Positions 20,285 through 29,531 of a stretch of DNA of 64,000 nt are shown here, piece after piece. Made by a program: the position numbers and the translations under genes. The notes beneath the pieces were generated by a model. The model did no database searches and had not been told where the DNA came from. It saw nothing but the letters and a program-made list of their open reading frames with translations. Origin of the DNA: a virus. The DNA lies in the IMG/VR virus record IMGVR_UViG_3300013102_000005, positions 29,778-93,777 of that record; one strand, written 5' to 3'. Each line of letters starts with the position of its first letter. Position 1 is the stretch's first letter.

Positions 20285-22123
20285 CTATAGCAAATCGAAC
20301 TGAGCGACAGTGGGCTGCACGGGTGCCGGCACGGCCTTTTCCGGGCGGGGCAGTACCGGGCGGGCAGGTTCAGACGCCGCCACCTCGGGCAACGCCTCGC
20401 CCTGGGCCACCAGATAGCGCCGCGCCAGGTGCTTGAGCTGGTTCTCACCAAGGTCGGCTCGCTCGACCAGATGCTGGCCAGGGTTGCGCACGCCCTCGAT
20501 CTGCTCACGCTTCACGCCCAGGACCTCGCACATGATCGGGTCGGTGCCGTCACTGGAGAGCGGGAAGAACGCTTGCACGGGCCGCTGCTGGCCATCGCGG
20601 TGGACTCGGCCAATGTTCTGCTCGATCACACCTGGCGACCAGTCCAGCTCGGCATGCACTGTGGTCGCGCACACGTGCTGTAGCCCATCGACGCCGGCGC
20701 CGGCGCGAACCGAGATCAGCATTACCCGTGCCTGGCCAGCCACGAAGGCGTCCTTGGCGGCCTGCTTCTGATTGGGCGACTCGCTGCCCGTGTAGAGCAC
20801 AGGGCTGTAGGTGGCCAGCGCCTCCTGGAGGATCGAATAGACCTCCCGGTGCCAGGCGAAGACCAGCACCTGCTCGCCCTGCTCCAGCAGCATGCGGGTG
20901 AACTCCGCCACGAAGGGCGCCTTCGCCACACCGGTGGCCTGGCGCATCAGCCGGTCGAACTCGCCGGCGGCCTGCATATGCTCGCCCCGGTAGCGCTCGT
21001 TCGCATCCAGGATCGTCTTGGCCAACTCCACCGCGTCGGTCTTCACCCGGCGCAGCACGCCCTCGTCGTGCTCGATCTCGTGGGTGATCTTGGTCAGCTC
21101 GGGCAGCTCGCGACCGACCTCCTCGCGGGTGCGGCGTAGCATGATCCCCTCGCGGCGCAGGTACTCGCCGAACATTTCGGCATCAGCCAGGCGGGGCTTG
21201 TCGTCGCCATAGTCGCGCACGCACCACTCGCGCAGGAACTCGTCCCGGTCGCCCAGGCAGTCCGGCAGGATCACGTCGATGACGTTCCAGAACTCGCCGC
21301 CGTAGTTGTAGATGGGGGTCGCGGACAGGCCCATGCAGTACCGGGCGTGGGCGCGCAGGTGCTTGGCCGCCGTGTAGATCTCGGTGCCGGAGCTGCGCAG
21401 CTGCTGGCACTCTTCAAAGACCACGTACTGCACCAGCTCGGCCAGCACCTCGGCCCAGCCGCGTAGCTTGTGATAGCTGATCAGGATCACGTCAGGCAGC
21501 GTGTCCCAGAGGTCCGTGCGGCGCTGACGCGGCTGCTTGATCAGCGGGTAGGGCGAACCCTTGTTCACGTGGTGCACGCGCAACCCAGGGCAGAACTCCG
21601 CCAGCTTCTCTGGCCAGTGGTTCGGCAGCGAGGCAGGGTAGACCACCACCGTGGGCAGATTGCCCGCCAGCGCCATCGCGCACATGGCGGTCACGGTCTT
21701 GCCCAGGCCGAGATCGTCGGCGACCAGCAGGCCGCCCTTGATCATCATCTGGGCGGCCGCATAGGCCTGGTACTGGCGTTCGGGCTTGGCCAGGCTGAAT
21801 GCGGGCACTTCGCGCCGGCCAGCCAGGAGATCGGCCAGGTCCTGCTCGGTGCGCACGTGCTCGGCAGCCAGGCGCTCCATGCGATCGCGGGTGGCCAGGT
21901 CCATGGTCATTGGATAGCGCTGGGTGAACCAGAGCAGCTCGCGGCTGTTCTCGGCGCTGGCCAGCAAGGGCAGGGTATTGGCGGCATGCTGCGGCGCGCG
22001 GGGGAAGACCCGCTTGAGCCTGGCGCGAACCTGGGGGTCGGCGGAGACGATCCAGCTGCGGCCGTCGAAGGCGATCGAGCCGAACGCGCGGACAGTGAGG
22101 GCCTGGGGTAGGGCTGCGGTCAC
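20285..22123 (-). CDS. SNF2-family helicase
   Basis: ADDLGLGKT, variant Walker B FEECQ, LSATP, QNIGRVHRDGQ. Confidence 0.9.
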   Translation of the reverse strand: MTAALPQALTVRAFGSIAFDGRSWIVSADPQVRARLKRVFPRAPQHAANTLPLLASAENSRELLWFTQRYPMTMDLATRDRMERLAAEHVRTEQDLADLLAGRREVPAFSLAKPERQYQAYAAAQMMIKGGLLVADDLGLGKTVTAMCAMALAGNLPTVVVYPASLPNHWPEKLAEFCPGLRVHHVNKGSPYPLIKQPRQRRTDLWDTLPDVILISYHKLRGWAEVLAELVQYVVFEECQQLRSSGTEIYTAAKHLRAHARYCMGLSATPIYNYGGEFWNVIDVILPDCLGDRDEFLREWCVRDYGDDKPRLADAEMFGEYLRREGIMLRRTREEVGRELPELTKITHEIEHDEGVLRRVKTDAVELAKTILDANERYRGEHMQAAGEFDRLMRQATGVAKAPFVAEFTRMLLEQGEQVLVFAWHREVYSILQEALATYSPVLYTGSESPNQKQAAKDAFVAGQARVMLISVRAGAGVDGLQHVCATTVHAELDWSPGVIEQNIGRVHRDGQQRPVQAFFPLSSDGTDPIMCEVLGVKREQIEGVRNPGQHLVERADLGENQLKHLARRYLVAQGEALPEVAASEPARPVLPRPEKAVPAPVQPTVAQFDLL

Positions 22124-22674
22124 AATTGCTCTCCTATGGTTGCCCAGCGTCGCCTAGCGGCCTCTCTATCGCGCTCACGCTCCTGGTGCTGACGCTCGAT
22201 GTCGGCCAGGACCTCTGGCAGGGCCGCCAGCACGTGGCGCGCCGTGGGCAACCGGCGCAGATAGACTATCTGCTGCTCGACGTAGCCGGTTTCCGGGCAT
22301 TCCGCGCCCTCGATGAAGGCCATGAAATGGCTCTCCACACGATCATGCAGCGAGCACCATGCGGTCTGCTCCGACCATTCGGACTCGTAGCCGCCGCTCA
22401 TGCAGCCCACCATCACGGTTCCTGGCCAGGGGCTCAGGTAGTCGCGATTCTGGACGATCATGCCTTCACCCTTGCGGGGCCGGGTATGGATGGCGCCATA
22501 GCGAGGCTTTTCGTCCCATCGGTGGCAGCGCCGGCGGCACCAGTGCTTTCGCTCGTTGATGTAGGTCTGCATTTCGTTATCGCCCTCAGCGAGGAACTGC
22601 CCCCGCGTGTCGTCCAGCGCCTCCAGGAACGGGGCGGCGCGCTTCGACAGCTTCTTGAGGATGCGTAGGTTCAT
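22120..22674 (-). CDS. Hypothetical phage protein
   Basis: MNLRILKKLSKRAAP start; coupled to helicase. Confidence 0.65.
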   Translation of the reverse strand: MNLRILKKLSKRAAPFLEALDDTRGQFLAEGDNEMQTYINERKHWCRRRCHRWDEKPRYGAIHTRPRKGEGMIVQNRDYLSPWPGTVMVGCMSGGYESEWSEQTAWCSLHDRVESHFMAFIEGAECPETGYVEQQIVYLRRLPTARHVLAALPEVLADIERQHQERERDREAARRRWATIGEQL

Positions 22675-22889
22675 GGCTCGCAGTGCTCCCGGTACTGGGT
22701 CGTGATCCGGCGGGCGATAGCGTCCAGGCGCTCGGCCATCCCGTAGGTGTCATTGTTGTCGTGGCGCGAGATCACGCCGGAGCGGCTCACGTTGCGGCTG
22801 CGCAAGATGCAAGCGGCTAGCTGGAGTAGCAGCGCCTCTAGTTGGCGGCGGCGCCAGCCGGCATGAGGGATCAAGCGAAGTAGGGTCAT
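22671..22889 (-). CDS. Hypothetical protein
   Basis: 4-nt overlaps on both sides. Confidence 0.55.
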   Translation of the reverse strand: MTLLRLIPHAGWRRRQLEALLLQLAACILRSRNVSRSGVISRHDNNDTYGMAERLDAIARRITTQYREHCEP

Positions 22890-23248
22890 CCCTGTCCCTC
22901 CTGGTTGCAGATGCAGACGGCATAGCTGTCTTCGGCATCTTCATCATCGACAGCAGCATTGACGGGGCCGATGCTGGCGAGCGCCTTTTTAGTTGCTTCG
23001 GGATTGGCCTCGCGCGCAATACGCACGCCAGCAGCCCACAGATCCACGCCGGTGCCCGAGCCCCACAGCGTTGCCCAGGAGCTCGTGCTCTCGGCATTCT
23101 CCTTGGCACTCATCAGGTACTGCTCTGTGTTGCAGCCAGGGCAAGGATCGCTATGGTCGCGCGGGTCGTATCCGTCTTTGTCGGCATCCCACAGGTAGCC
23201 ATCGCCTCGGCACTCAACGGTGCCGCGCTGATAGTCACAGCGGCTCAT
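22886..23248 (-). CDS. Cys-rich hypothetical protein
   Basis: C.GDGYLWDAD...PCPGCNT. Confidence 0.6.
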   Translation of the reverse strand: MSRCDYQRGTVECRGDGYLWDADKDGYDPRDHSDPCPGCNTEQYLMSAKENAESTSSWATLWGSGTGVDLWAAGVRIAREANPEATKKALASIGPVNAAVDDEDAEDSYAVCICNQEGQG

Positions 23249-23733
23249 GACTTGAGCCCCCCGTGAGCAGCGGTAGGCTGGGGCTTATATCCGCTGTGAA
23301 TGTCCCCATCGTAGTCAAGGACGAAAGGCTCTTCCGGCAGCTCACCGATGATGTACCGAACTTTGTCAGCCTCGTAGCGAACACGGTCCGGGTACTCGGA
23401 TCGAGCAATGGTGATGCACGCACCGTCGCCGAGAGGCTCGTTTTTACGGTGCAGGATTGCAGTCCAGTTGGTCCTACCGTTCGATTCAGGCATCGCGCCA
23501 TACCAAACCGCCAGCGCTACCGGCTCCGTAGTGGAAGGCTGGGCAATCGCATCCTCGCCGGCCTGGGTCATCATCCACCGTGCCGGGCTGCGCTGGACTC
23601 GCGCCAGCAGGCCCAGCTGGGTCAGCAGGTCGAAGCGGGCGCGCTCCAGGTTCACGTCGTTGTTGTCCTCGACGCACTCCGCAAAGCGGCGCAGGTCCGC
23701 AAGGATCTCTTCCATGAAGGGCTGACTACGCAT
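23245..23733 (-). CDS. Hypothetical phage protein
   Basis: ORF in operon. Confidence 0.6.
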   Translation of the reverse strand: MRSQPFMEEILADLRRFAECVEDNNDVNLERARFDLLTQLGLLARVQRSPARWMMTQAGEDAIAQPSTTEPVALAVWYGAMPESNGRTNWTAILHRKNEPLGDGACITIARSEYPDRVRYEADKVRYIIGELPEEPFVLDYDGDIHSGYKPQPTAAHGGLKS

Positions 23734-24334
23734 GGTCGGCACCTCGCACAGCACCCTGGGTTGTGTAGAGCGGGTATTCGCCAGCCGGCAGCGTTGTGTG
23801 CAGTCCATTCGGCCACTCGATACCCACCTGGGTGCTACGACCCCGAACCTCCACAGTCAGGTGCGCGACAGGCTCTGGGTGGACGAACACGGCGGGCTCG
23901 CTATGACTGGCGAGGAGTGCGTCAATCTCTTCACGCAGCTCGCTGGTGATCGTCCTGCCGACCTGGGTGACGACGCGATCCAGCAGACCCTCAGCCTCAG
24001 CTAACCGGCCTTGCAAGGCCGTCAGCCGCGCATAAGGGTTGGCGCCCAGGAGATCGCAGATGCGCCCTTCGAGATCCTCGACACGGGCCTTCTTTCGATC
24101 GCGATCAGCCATCAGCTCAGCCAGGCGGTCTCGCTCTGCCTTACCAATCTCATAGAAGCGCCAGGCCCAGTGTCCCTCGGGCGGCTCCTGGCCGTCCTGG
24201 AAGCCTCGCATCATGGCCCCTATGGCCACGTCGATCAGGTCGTCCTTGTAGAGGTTGTCCCCATCGACTCCCAGCCCCTGCTTACGCAGCGCGGTCAGCT
24301 GCTCGTTCATAGCTGCTTGGTCGTTCACGCTCAT
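23726..24334 (-). CDS. Hypothetical phage protein
   Basis: ORF in operon, coiled coil. Confidence 0.6.
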   Translation of the reverse strand: MSVNDQAAMNEQLTALRKQGLGVDGDNLYKDDLIDVAIGAMMRGFQDGQEPPEGHWAWRFYEIGKAERDRLAELMADRDRKKARVEDLEGRICDLLGANPYARLTALQGRLAEAEGLLDRVVTQVGRTITSELREEIDALLASHSEPAVFVHPEPVAHLTVEVRGRSTQVGIEWPNGLHTTLPAGEYPLYTTQGAVRGADHA

Positions 24335-24357
24335 GATCATTCCTTCGTTCAGGTGGA

Positions 24358-24621
24358 TTAGCGGGTAACGCCGTGGGCGCGGTACTGCGCTATGACGCCG
24401 TCCAGTACGTCACTAGGGCCGAACTCTGCGATGTTGTTCCGGCAATCCTTGGGAGTCATCCAAAGCCAGTTGACCTGCTCACCGCCCAGGAAGATGGCCA
24501 CCTTGGCTGCTGCGGCCCCGCGCATCATGCGCTGGGTGTTGAACTCGATCAGCGTGAAAGTCACGGTGTCGCCGGAATGGCCAGGCGCGGGTGCAACTTG
24601 GTCTGCGGTACTCATCGTCAT
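24358..24621 (-). CDS. Hypothetical protein
   Basis: ORF in operon. Confidence 0.55.
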   Translation of the reverse strand: MTMSTADQVAPAPGHSGDTVTFTLIEFNTQRMMRGAAAAKVAIFLGGEQVNWLWMTPKDCRNNIAEFGPSDVLDGVIAQYRAHGVTR

Positions 24622-24624
24622 GTC

Positions 24625-25122
24625 CTACTGGATGGGGAAGGGAATCAGCGGTGTGGAGTAGCCCAACATCAGGGGGTGAGCAGGATCGCCTCCCTTGGTG
24701 AGCCCAAAGGTGAGAACCGGTTTGCCGGTGGCCAGTAGCATGGCCAGCACGGTCGCGAGGCGCGCATGCAGCTCAAGGGGAAGCTTTCCCCTGGCGCCCC
24801 AGCAGGGCACCAGCACGTCCGCCGCTGCGGCGATGGCAGCCAGGTGCTGATCGTTTTCAGGCCCCACCGGATCGACAGCTAGTGCCAGGGCGCCAACGTC
24901 GGTCGCGCGGTAGGCGAAGGCATTACCTACCAGGAAGCGGCTGGAGCCATAGATCCGCGAAAAGCCCCGCCACTTGCGCACGGTGGCATCGTCCATTTCG
25001 GCGTCGGCCGTGGAGGGGTTCACCCCGAAATAGGCGATGACCTCGCCACCGAGCGGCAGGTCGTGCACATCACGCTCAAGGCGATAGCGGTAGGTGGCGC
25101 AGGGACTGAGGACCGCGCTCAT
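24625..25122 (-). CDS. DUF1643 domain protein
   Basis: YRYRLER...GVNPSTADA..DDATVRK...NAFAYRAT...PAHPL. Confidence 0.9.
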   Translation of the reverse strand: MSAVLSPCATYRYRLERDVHDLPLGGEVIAYFGVNPSTADAEMDDATVRKWRGFSRIYGSSRFLVGNAFAYRATDVGALALAVDPVGPENDQHLAAIAAAADVLVPCWGARGKLPLELHARLATVLAMLLATGKPVLTFGLTKGGDPAHPLMLGYSTPLIPFPIQ

Positions 25123-25397
25123 CGACGGCCTCGCTTGCCAGGGCCACGACCGTGAGCCATCCAGCCGGCGTCGGCGACTTCATTGCCCAGCTCGGCGATC
25201 AGCTCGTCTATGCGGTCGCCGATTGCCGGGACGAGGTCACTAACCGTTGCGCTCGGGATCACGAGGCTGTGGGTCGTCTTTTCACCGGAAGGCAGCTGAA
25301 CCCAGACGGTGACGTCCCAGCGACTGGGGCGCGGCGAGGGGGTGCCTTTGACCGTCGCGACTGAACGCCCGACGTGATGGGAGACGGTGCAGGTCAT
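25119..25397 (-). CDS. Hypothetical protein
   Basis: 4-nt overlaps with neighbours. Confidence 0.5.
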   Translation of the reverse strand: MTCTVSHHVGRSVATVKGTPSPRPSRWDVTVWVQLPSGEKTTHSLVIPSATVSDLVPAIGDRIDELIAELGNEVADAGWMAHGRGPGKRGRR

Positions 25398-25786
25398 GCG
25401 GCACCTCGCGCCCAGCGGCGGGCGTTGTATGGGTCGGGCTTGAACTCCAGGGCGACGCCCCGAACGGCCAGCGCCTTGACCAGCGCGCAACCGTCGCCGT
25501 AGCCAATCACCTTGGCCACCTGGATGAGGGTGTGAGTGGGCGCCAGTCGGCGGGCGGTGGTCACGACAGTCTCGCCACTGGTGCGAACCCAGTTCTGCGC
25601 CACCCAGCGGCTGGAGAAAGGGGATTGATCGCCCAGGCGATGGATATAGGCGCGCAGCGCCTCACGGCCGACGCCCATGATCTCGGCGCACTGGCGGATG
25701 CTGTGGCCCCGCTTGGCGAGCAGCACCAGCTGCGGGTAGCTGACAGGGGGCGTGGCGCCAGGGCGGCGCGGAATGCTGGTGCTCAT
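25394..25786 (-). CDS. HTH-containing protein
   Basis: GHSIRQCAEIMGVGREAL. Confidence 0.55.
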   Translation of the reverse strand: MSTSIPRRPGATPPVSYPQLVLLAKRGHSIRQCAEIMGVGREALRAYIHRLGDQSPFSSRWVAQNWVRTSGETVVTTARRLAPTHTLIQVAKVIGYGDGCALVKALAVRGVALEFKPDPYNARRWARGAA

Positions 25787-26208
25787 AGCGCCTGGCGCTC
25801 CAGCCGGCACATGCGCAGGGCTCCGGCCAGGTAGGCGGGCAGCTCGTGGATGCCCTCCAGCGCCCAGGTGGGCGTGCCGGCCAGCAGAACACCGGACACC
25901 TGCGGCAGCTTGAGATACCGATGTACCTGGCGCAGCGCCTGGGCCAGCGAGCCGTCTACCTTGACCTCGATCACCAGGCCGGACTCTTCCAGGAAGAAGT
26001 CGGCGCGGTTCTGCGCGTCCAGGATGTGCTCGTGCCGATAGGCGACCTGGTAGGTACTCAGCACGTCGGCGAGCCGCTCGTGGAGCTGCTGCTCACTGCC
26101 GTAGCGGTAGCGGTACTGAGTGAGAATCCGCGCGATCAGCAGCAGGGCGCCCGAAACATCCGGCTTCTGCTGCTCGACATCGCAGGCGGTAGGCAAAGGG
26201 AGAGGCAT
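25783..26208 (-). CDS. PD-(D/E)xK nuclease-like protein
   Basis: SEQQLH...RADF...VIEVK...QVHRY. Confidence 0.7.
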   Translation of the reverse strand: MPLPLPTACDVEQQKPDVSGALLLIARILTQYRYRYGSEQQLHERLADVLSTYQVAYRHEHILDAQNRADFFLEESGLVIEVKVDGSLAQALRQVHRYLKLPQVSGVLLAGTPTWALEGIHELPAYLAGALRMCRLERQAL

Positions 26209-26256
26209 TGTAGGCACCCGAAAGACGAAGAAACTTCGGTAAAACGCCAGGGTTTG

Positions 26257-26312
26257 GCCGAAGTATTTTCGCATCAGGTGATACAGTTAACAATAGCAGA
26301 TGCTACAATTTT
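26257..26312 (-). promoter_or_regulatory. Early promoter cassette with two operators
   Basis: TTGTTA-N17-GAAAAT; TAGCAGATGCTA at 26294-26305. Confidence 0.75.
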
Positions 26313-26462
26313 AGGGCTTCCTTTCCCATCCTGCTGGCCCGTGCGTCGGGATCCTGAACGGTCAGACGCCAGCAACGGCGGCCTATTGCGCGATCTACCC
26401 CCTACCCGCTACCCATGCACAGGGTGATAGCCGTTTGCTGCGCCTACGGGCCGCTCCGTTCG

Positions 26463-27389
26463 CTACAGGTTGCGCCGAGGGGCAGCGGCACCGGTGAATT
26501 TAGCCCGGTTGGCCTCCGCCTGCTTCATCGAACGCTCATACAGGGCATCCAGCTCGGCCGCGCTCACCAGATTGACCACGGTCTCCTGGCGCTCGTCGTA
26601 CAGGCGCAGAATCTTCATCAGGGTCTCACGGGCCCGTTCCTGGTTGTGCACCATCAGCTCCAGACCTTCCTTGGTGCGCTTCACGCCGGCATACAGTGCC
26701 TGAGCGGACGGAGACAGGTTGCGCGTGTCCTTGAACACCTCGCGCTCGATGCCTTCGCCGTAGCACTCCGGGCAGCTCTCGACCGGCTCCTTGCGTGGAT
26801 CGTAGCCCGTCCCGCCCTCGGGATCGGGTTCGGGCGGTAGGTCAGCGTCGCTGGCGTCAGGGTTGCGCTCCAGGGCCTTGCGCAGGTCCTCCTCCCACTT
26901 GCGCTGCCGGTTGCGCCACTCGCCTGGCTTGTACTGATACAGGTGATCCTCCCCGTAGCAGAAGCGGCAGCACTCCCGGCGCATCTCCATGAGTTCGTTC
27001 GGGTCAGCGAACGCAACGGCCACCAGCTGCTCTAGCACGCGCGTCTGGAGGTCTTCGCTCTTCTCGAACAGGACCTTGATGCGTAGCGCCATCAGCGCCC
27101 GGACCTTAGCGGAATTTAGCAGGCGATGCGCACTCGCACATGCCCCGCCGGTGCTCTGGACGTTGTAGACCGCCATGTAGGCCTTGGTCTGGTTGTAGGT
27201 CCGCAGGTACTCATCCACGAACTGGACGTGTTGCGGATCCATGCCAGAGACCAGCTCATCCTCAGCGGACAGCTTGGGATCGAGCACCACGGGAGCAGGC
27301 GCCTCCTCCTTGGCCGTAGCCTTGGATCGAGGAGGACGCTTGGGCTTGGCCTTGGGAGCTGGCTTATCCGCCTTGGGCTTGGGAGCCAT
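26463..27389 (-). CDS. Terminase small subunit
   Basis: FVDEYL..YNQTKAY...AHRLL HTH, AFADPNEL, CRFCYG...CPECYGEG, LYAGVKRTKEG. Confidence 0.85.
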   Translation of the reverse strand: MAPKPKADKPAPKAKPKRPPRSKATAKEEAPAPVVLDPKLSAEDELVSGMDPQHVQFVDEYLRTYNQTKAYMAVYNVQSTGGACASAHRLLNSAKVRALMALRIKVLFEKSEDLQTRVLEQLVAVAFADPNELMEMRRECCRFCYGEDHLYQYKPGEWRNRQRKWEEDLRKALERNPDASDADLPPEPDPEGGTGYDPRKEPVESCPECYGEGIEREVFKDTRNLSPSAQALYAGVKRTKEGLELMVHNQERARETLMKILRLYDERQETVVNLVSAAELDALYERSMKQAEANRAKFTGAAAPRRNL

Positions 27390-27510
27390 AGGGAGAACCT
27401 TGCAGGAATGAGAGGAACACGACCACGGAGCGCCCTGCTGATCGAGCAATGGGAACCGTAGGCGATGCGGGGTATCGAGCCTTGCCGACTAGGGCAGGTA
27501 TGTGAGCACC

Positions 27511-27554
27511 AGGGTATGAGGTGCTACGGGACGAAGCGGAGGGGGCTTTCCGAA
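27511..27554 (-). promoter_or_regulatory. Putative late promoter (TTCGGAAA-N30-TACCCT) for terS
   Basis: Motif and spacing conserved. Confidence 0.7.
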
Positions 27555-27578
27555 AGGGATCGCCCTATAGGGGTGGTA

Positions 27579-28115
27579 TTACCGGTGACGCTTGGACAGG
27601 TAGGGATTGGGGAGGCGGTAGACGGCGCGCTCGACCAGGCCGGCCCAGAACAGGGTGGCGGCACTCAGGGACACGGAGAGGCTGTAGGCACCGGCCAGGG
27701 CGGCAGTGCAGGCCTCATGACCGGTTACCGCTGTCAGGCCGAAGTAGACCAGGGCGGCGCAAGCATACAGGGCGCGACGGGCCCAGCGCTTCCAGCGTAC
27801 CGACATGCCGAGGCGGTTGCGCAGCTCGATGACGTCGCCCTCCCGCATGGTCATGCGCATATTGCCGCCGGCGGTGACCTTCACGCCCTTGTAGAGGAAG
27901 GCAGTACCCTCCCGTAGCTGGATGTCCACAAGGGTGTGCGGCTGTACGGCCATATCGGCCCGGCGGGTGGTCAGCCAGGCGCGCAGGCGGTTGGGGCGAG
28001 GTGGCAGCTTGCGGCTCTCTTCGGCCTCACGGCAACCCAGGCACCAGATCAGGTGGCCACCGATCTCGTCGTAGCGGCACTCGCAGGTCTGGGGGATACG
28101 AGGCTCACACGTCAT
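27579..28115 (-). CDS. Hypothetical membrane protein
   Basis: Two C-terminal hydrophobic segments; start uncertain. Confidence 0.5.
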   Translation of the reverse strand: MTCEPRIPQTCECRYDEIGGHLIWCLGCREAEESRKLPPRPNRLRAWLTTRRADMAVQPHTLVDIQLREGTAFLYKGVKVTAGGNMRMTMREGDVIELRNRLGMSVRWKRWARRALYACAALVYFGLTAVTGHEACTAALAGAYSLSVSLSAATLFWAGLVERAVYRLPNPYLSKRHR

Positions 28116-28283
28116 ACGTCACCTGGGTGATGGGTGAAACCATGGAAGAAAAACGCATGCTGGACCTCGGTAACGGTTGAATGGGTCCCGGTTACTCCAT
28201 CCGGGGCGCTCTGGTAGCGGCTTCGAGGGCACGCTGTGCGCAGCAAGCGACTTGCGGTCGCGGCGCCCGATACCCTGGGCGCG

Positions 28284-28389
28284 TGGTGCAGGTGGCCGGT
28301 GCCGTCTCTCCGGCTTGTTGCTCGTCCCGCTATGGGAGCAACCCCAGGCGGCGGGTTTCAGTGCGCATCGGCCTGCGCATTCACCTGCA
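28284..28389 (-). ncRNA. tRNA-shaped structured RNA ending in CCA
   Basis: TGCAGGTG/CACCTGCA 8-bp closing stem followed by CCA, TGCGCA/TGCGCA hairpin, GCCGG/CCGGC T-arm-like hairpin. Confidence 0.6.
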
Positions 28390-28460
28390 TCGGTAGAACG
28401 TCCTGCCAGGGCTCACCAGGAAAAGGTGCGGGCCCTGGCAGGGCGCTCTCCCATGCAGCC
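28385..28460 (-). promoter_or_regulatory. Long intergenic hairpin (RNase III-like processing stem), copy 3
   Basis: CTGCATGGGAGAGCGCCCTGCCAGGGC pairs with GCCCTGGCAGGACGTTCTACCGATGCAG. Confidence 0.55.
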
Positions 28461-28486
28461 CACACTGCCGTGGGTGCAATCGGGGG

Positions 28487-28984
28487 TCAGGCGGCGGCCC
28501 GCGCCTCTTGTGCAAGCGGCTGGCAGAAGTTGCGAGCGACCTGATCCAGGTACTTGGCGCCCACCAGGCCGAGGGTCTCAAAGCCGGCCAGCTCCTCAAC
28601 GCTGAACTGCACCAAGGAGACGAGATCCACGACGCCGGCCGGATACAGCACCTGGCGATATTCGTAGGGCACCCGCATATCCAGCAGGGAGGGATTACCG
28701 AAATCCACCTCCGGGCCATCCGCCAGGCACAGGCCATGAGCACGAAGCAGGTTGTGGATGTGTGCAGCGCCCCGGTAGCGGATACCCGGAATGTCGATGA
28801 GCTCTTCCAGGCTGGTGCACTGGAGATCGACGACGGTGAGGATGTTGGCGCGAGCCAGGTCGCTCAGCTGCTTGGTGCAAAGACCCAGGGTGGCCAGGTC
28901 GAGCGCGGCGATCAGCGCCCGATCAAGATCGGCGACGACGATGGCGGCGGCCAGGGAGGTGGTGCTAACACTGTCTTGGGTCAT
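28487..28984 (-). CDS. Protein with two tandem RNA polymerase alpha-CTD-like (HhH) domains
   Basis: LATLGLCTKQLSDLARANILTVVDLQCTSLEELIDIPGIRYRGAAHIHNLLRAHGLCL aligns by eye to RpoA CTD; second degenerate copy follows. Confidence 0.75.
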   Translation of the reverse strand: MTQDSVSTTSLAAAIVVADLDRALIAALDLATLGLCTKQLSDLARANILTVVDLQCTSLEELIDIPGIRYRGAAHIHNLLRAHGLCLADGPEVDFGNPSLLDMRVPYEYRQVLYPAGVVDLVSLVQFSVEELAGFETLGLVGAKYLDQVARNFCQPLAQEARAAA

Positions 28985-29002
28985 GGGTTCACGTCTTTGC
29001 GT

Positions 29003-29050
29003 GGCTGTATGGGGGAGGCACCTGAGCCAGGGGACTCTCCGATACAGCCC
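29003..29050 (-). promoter_or_regulatory. Intergenic hairpin, copy 2
   Basis: GGCTGTATCGGAGAG...CTCCCCCATACAGCC. Confidence 0.55.
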
Positions 29051-29078
29051 GACCGCCGCAGCGGCCAGGCATAGCGCA

Positions 29079-29498
29079 TCAGCGGCGAGCGGCGCGCGGC
29101 TTCTTGGGCTTGGTGTCGGGCACCTGGGCCGGATCGGTCTTGGCCACCGCCGGGCCGGCATCGGCCAGCAGGGTGTGGCGCGGCAGGCCCTCGGGGGTGA
29201 CAGCCATGTGACGGCACTTCACGACGGTCGCCGGGGATCTCTGGCCAGGAAGGTCTGCAACGTCGTAAACCACCAGCACCAGGTGATCACCCACCTCGGG
29301 CAGTACGCCGCCCACGAAGGTGTCCGCGATCTTGTCGTTCTCGACAGCGACGCCGTGAGGGATGTACTCGGGCTCGGGCTGGCGACTGAGCCAGGATTGC
29401 GCCAGCGCGTGGATGGCAGGCGCCGAGTTCGGGTCTTGCAGCGCGCCATTGAGGGCGTATTGCAGTTGCTGGGGCGTCATGTCTTGCGGCTGATTCAT
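29079..29498 (-). CDS. Hypothetical protein
   Basis: 139-aa ORF between two homologous hairpins. Confidence 0.6.
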   Translation of the reverse strand: MNQPQDMTPQQLQYALNGALQDPNSAPAIHALAQSWLSRQPEPEYIPHGVAVENDKIADTFVGGVLPEVGDHLVLVVYDVADLPGQRSPATVVKCRHMAVTPEGLPRHTLLADAGPAVAKTDPAQVPDTKPKKPRAARR

Positions 29499-29531
29499 GT
29501 CGGTCTCACTGGTCTCGGGTTGCTGCTGCAT

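Noticed and set aside
26320-27389. P1-type pac site (clustered TGATCA/G hexamers) in or near terS
   Set aside because: No such cluster visible
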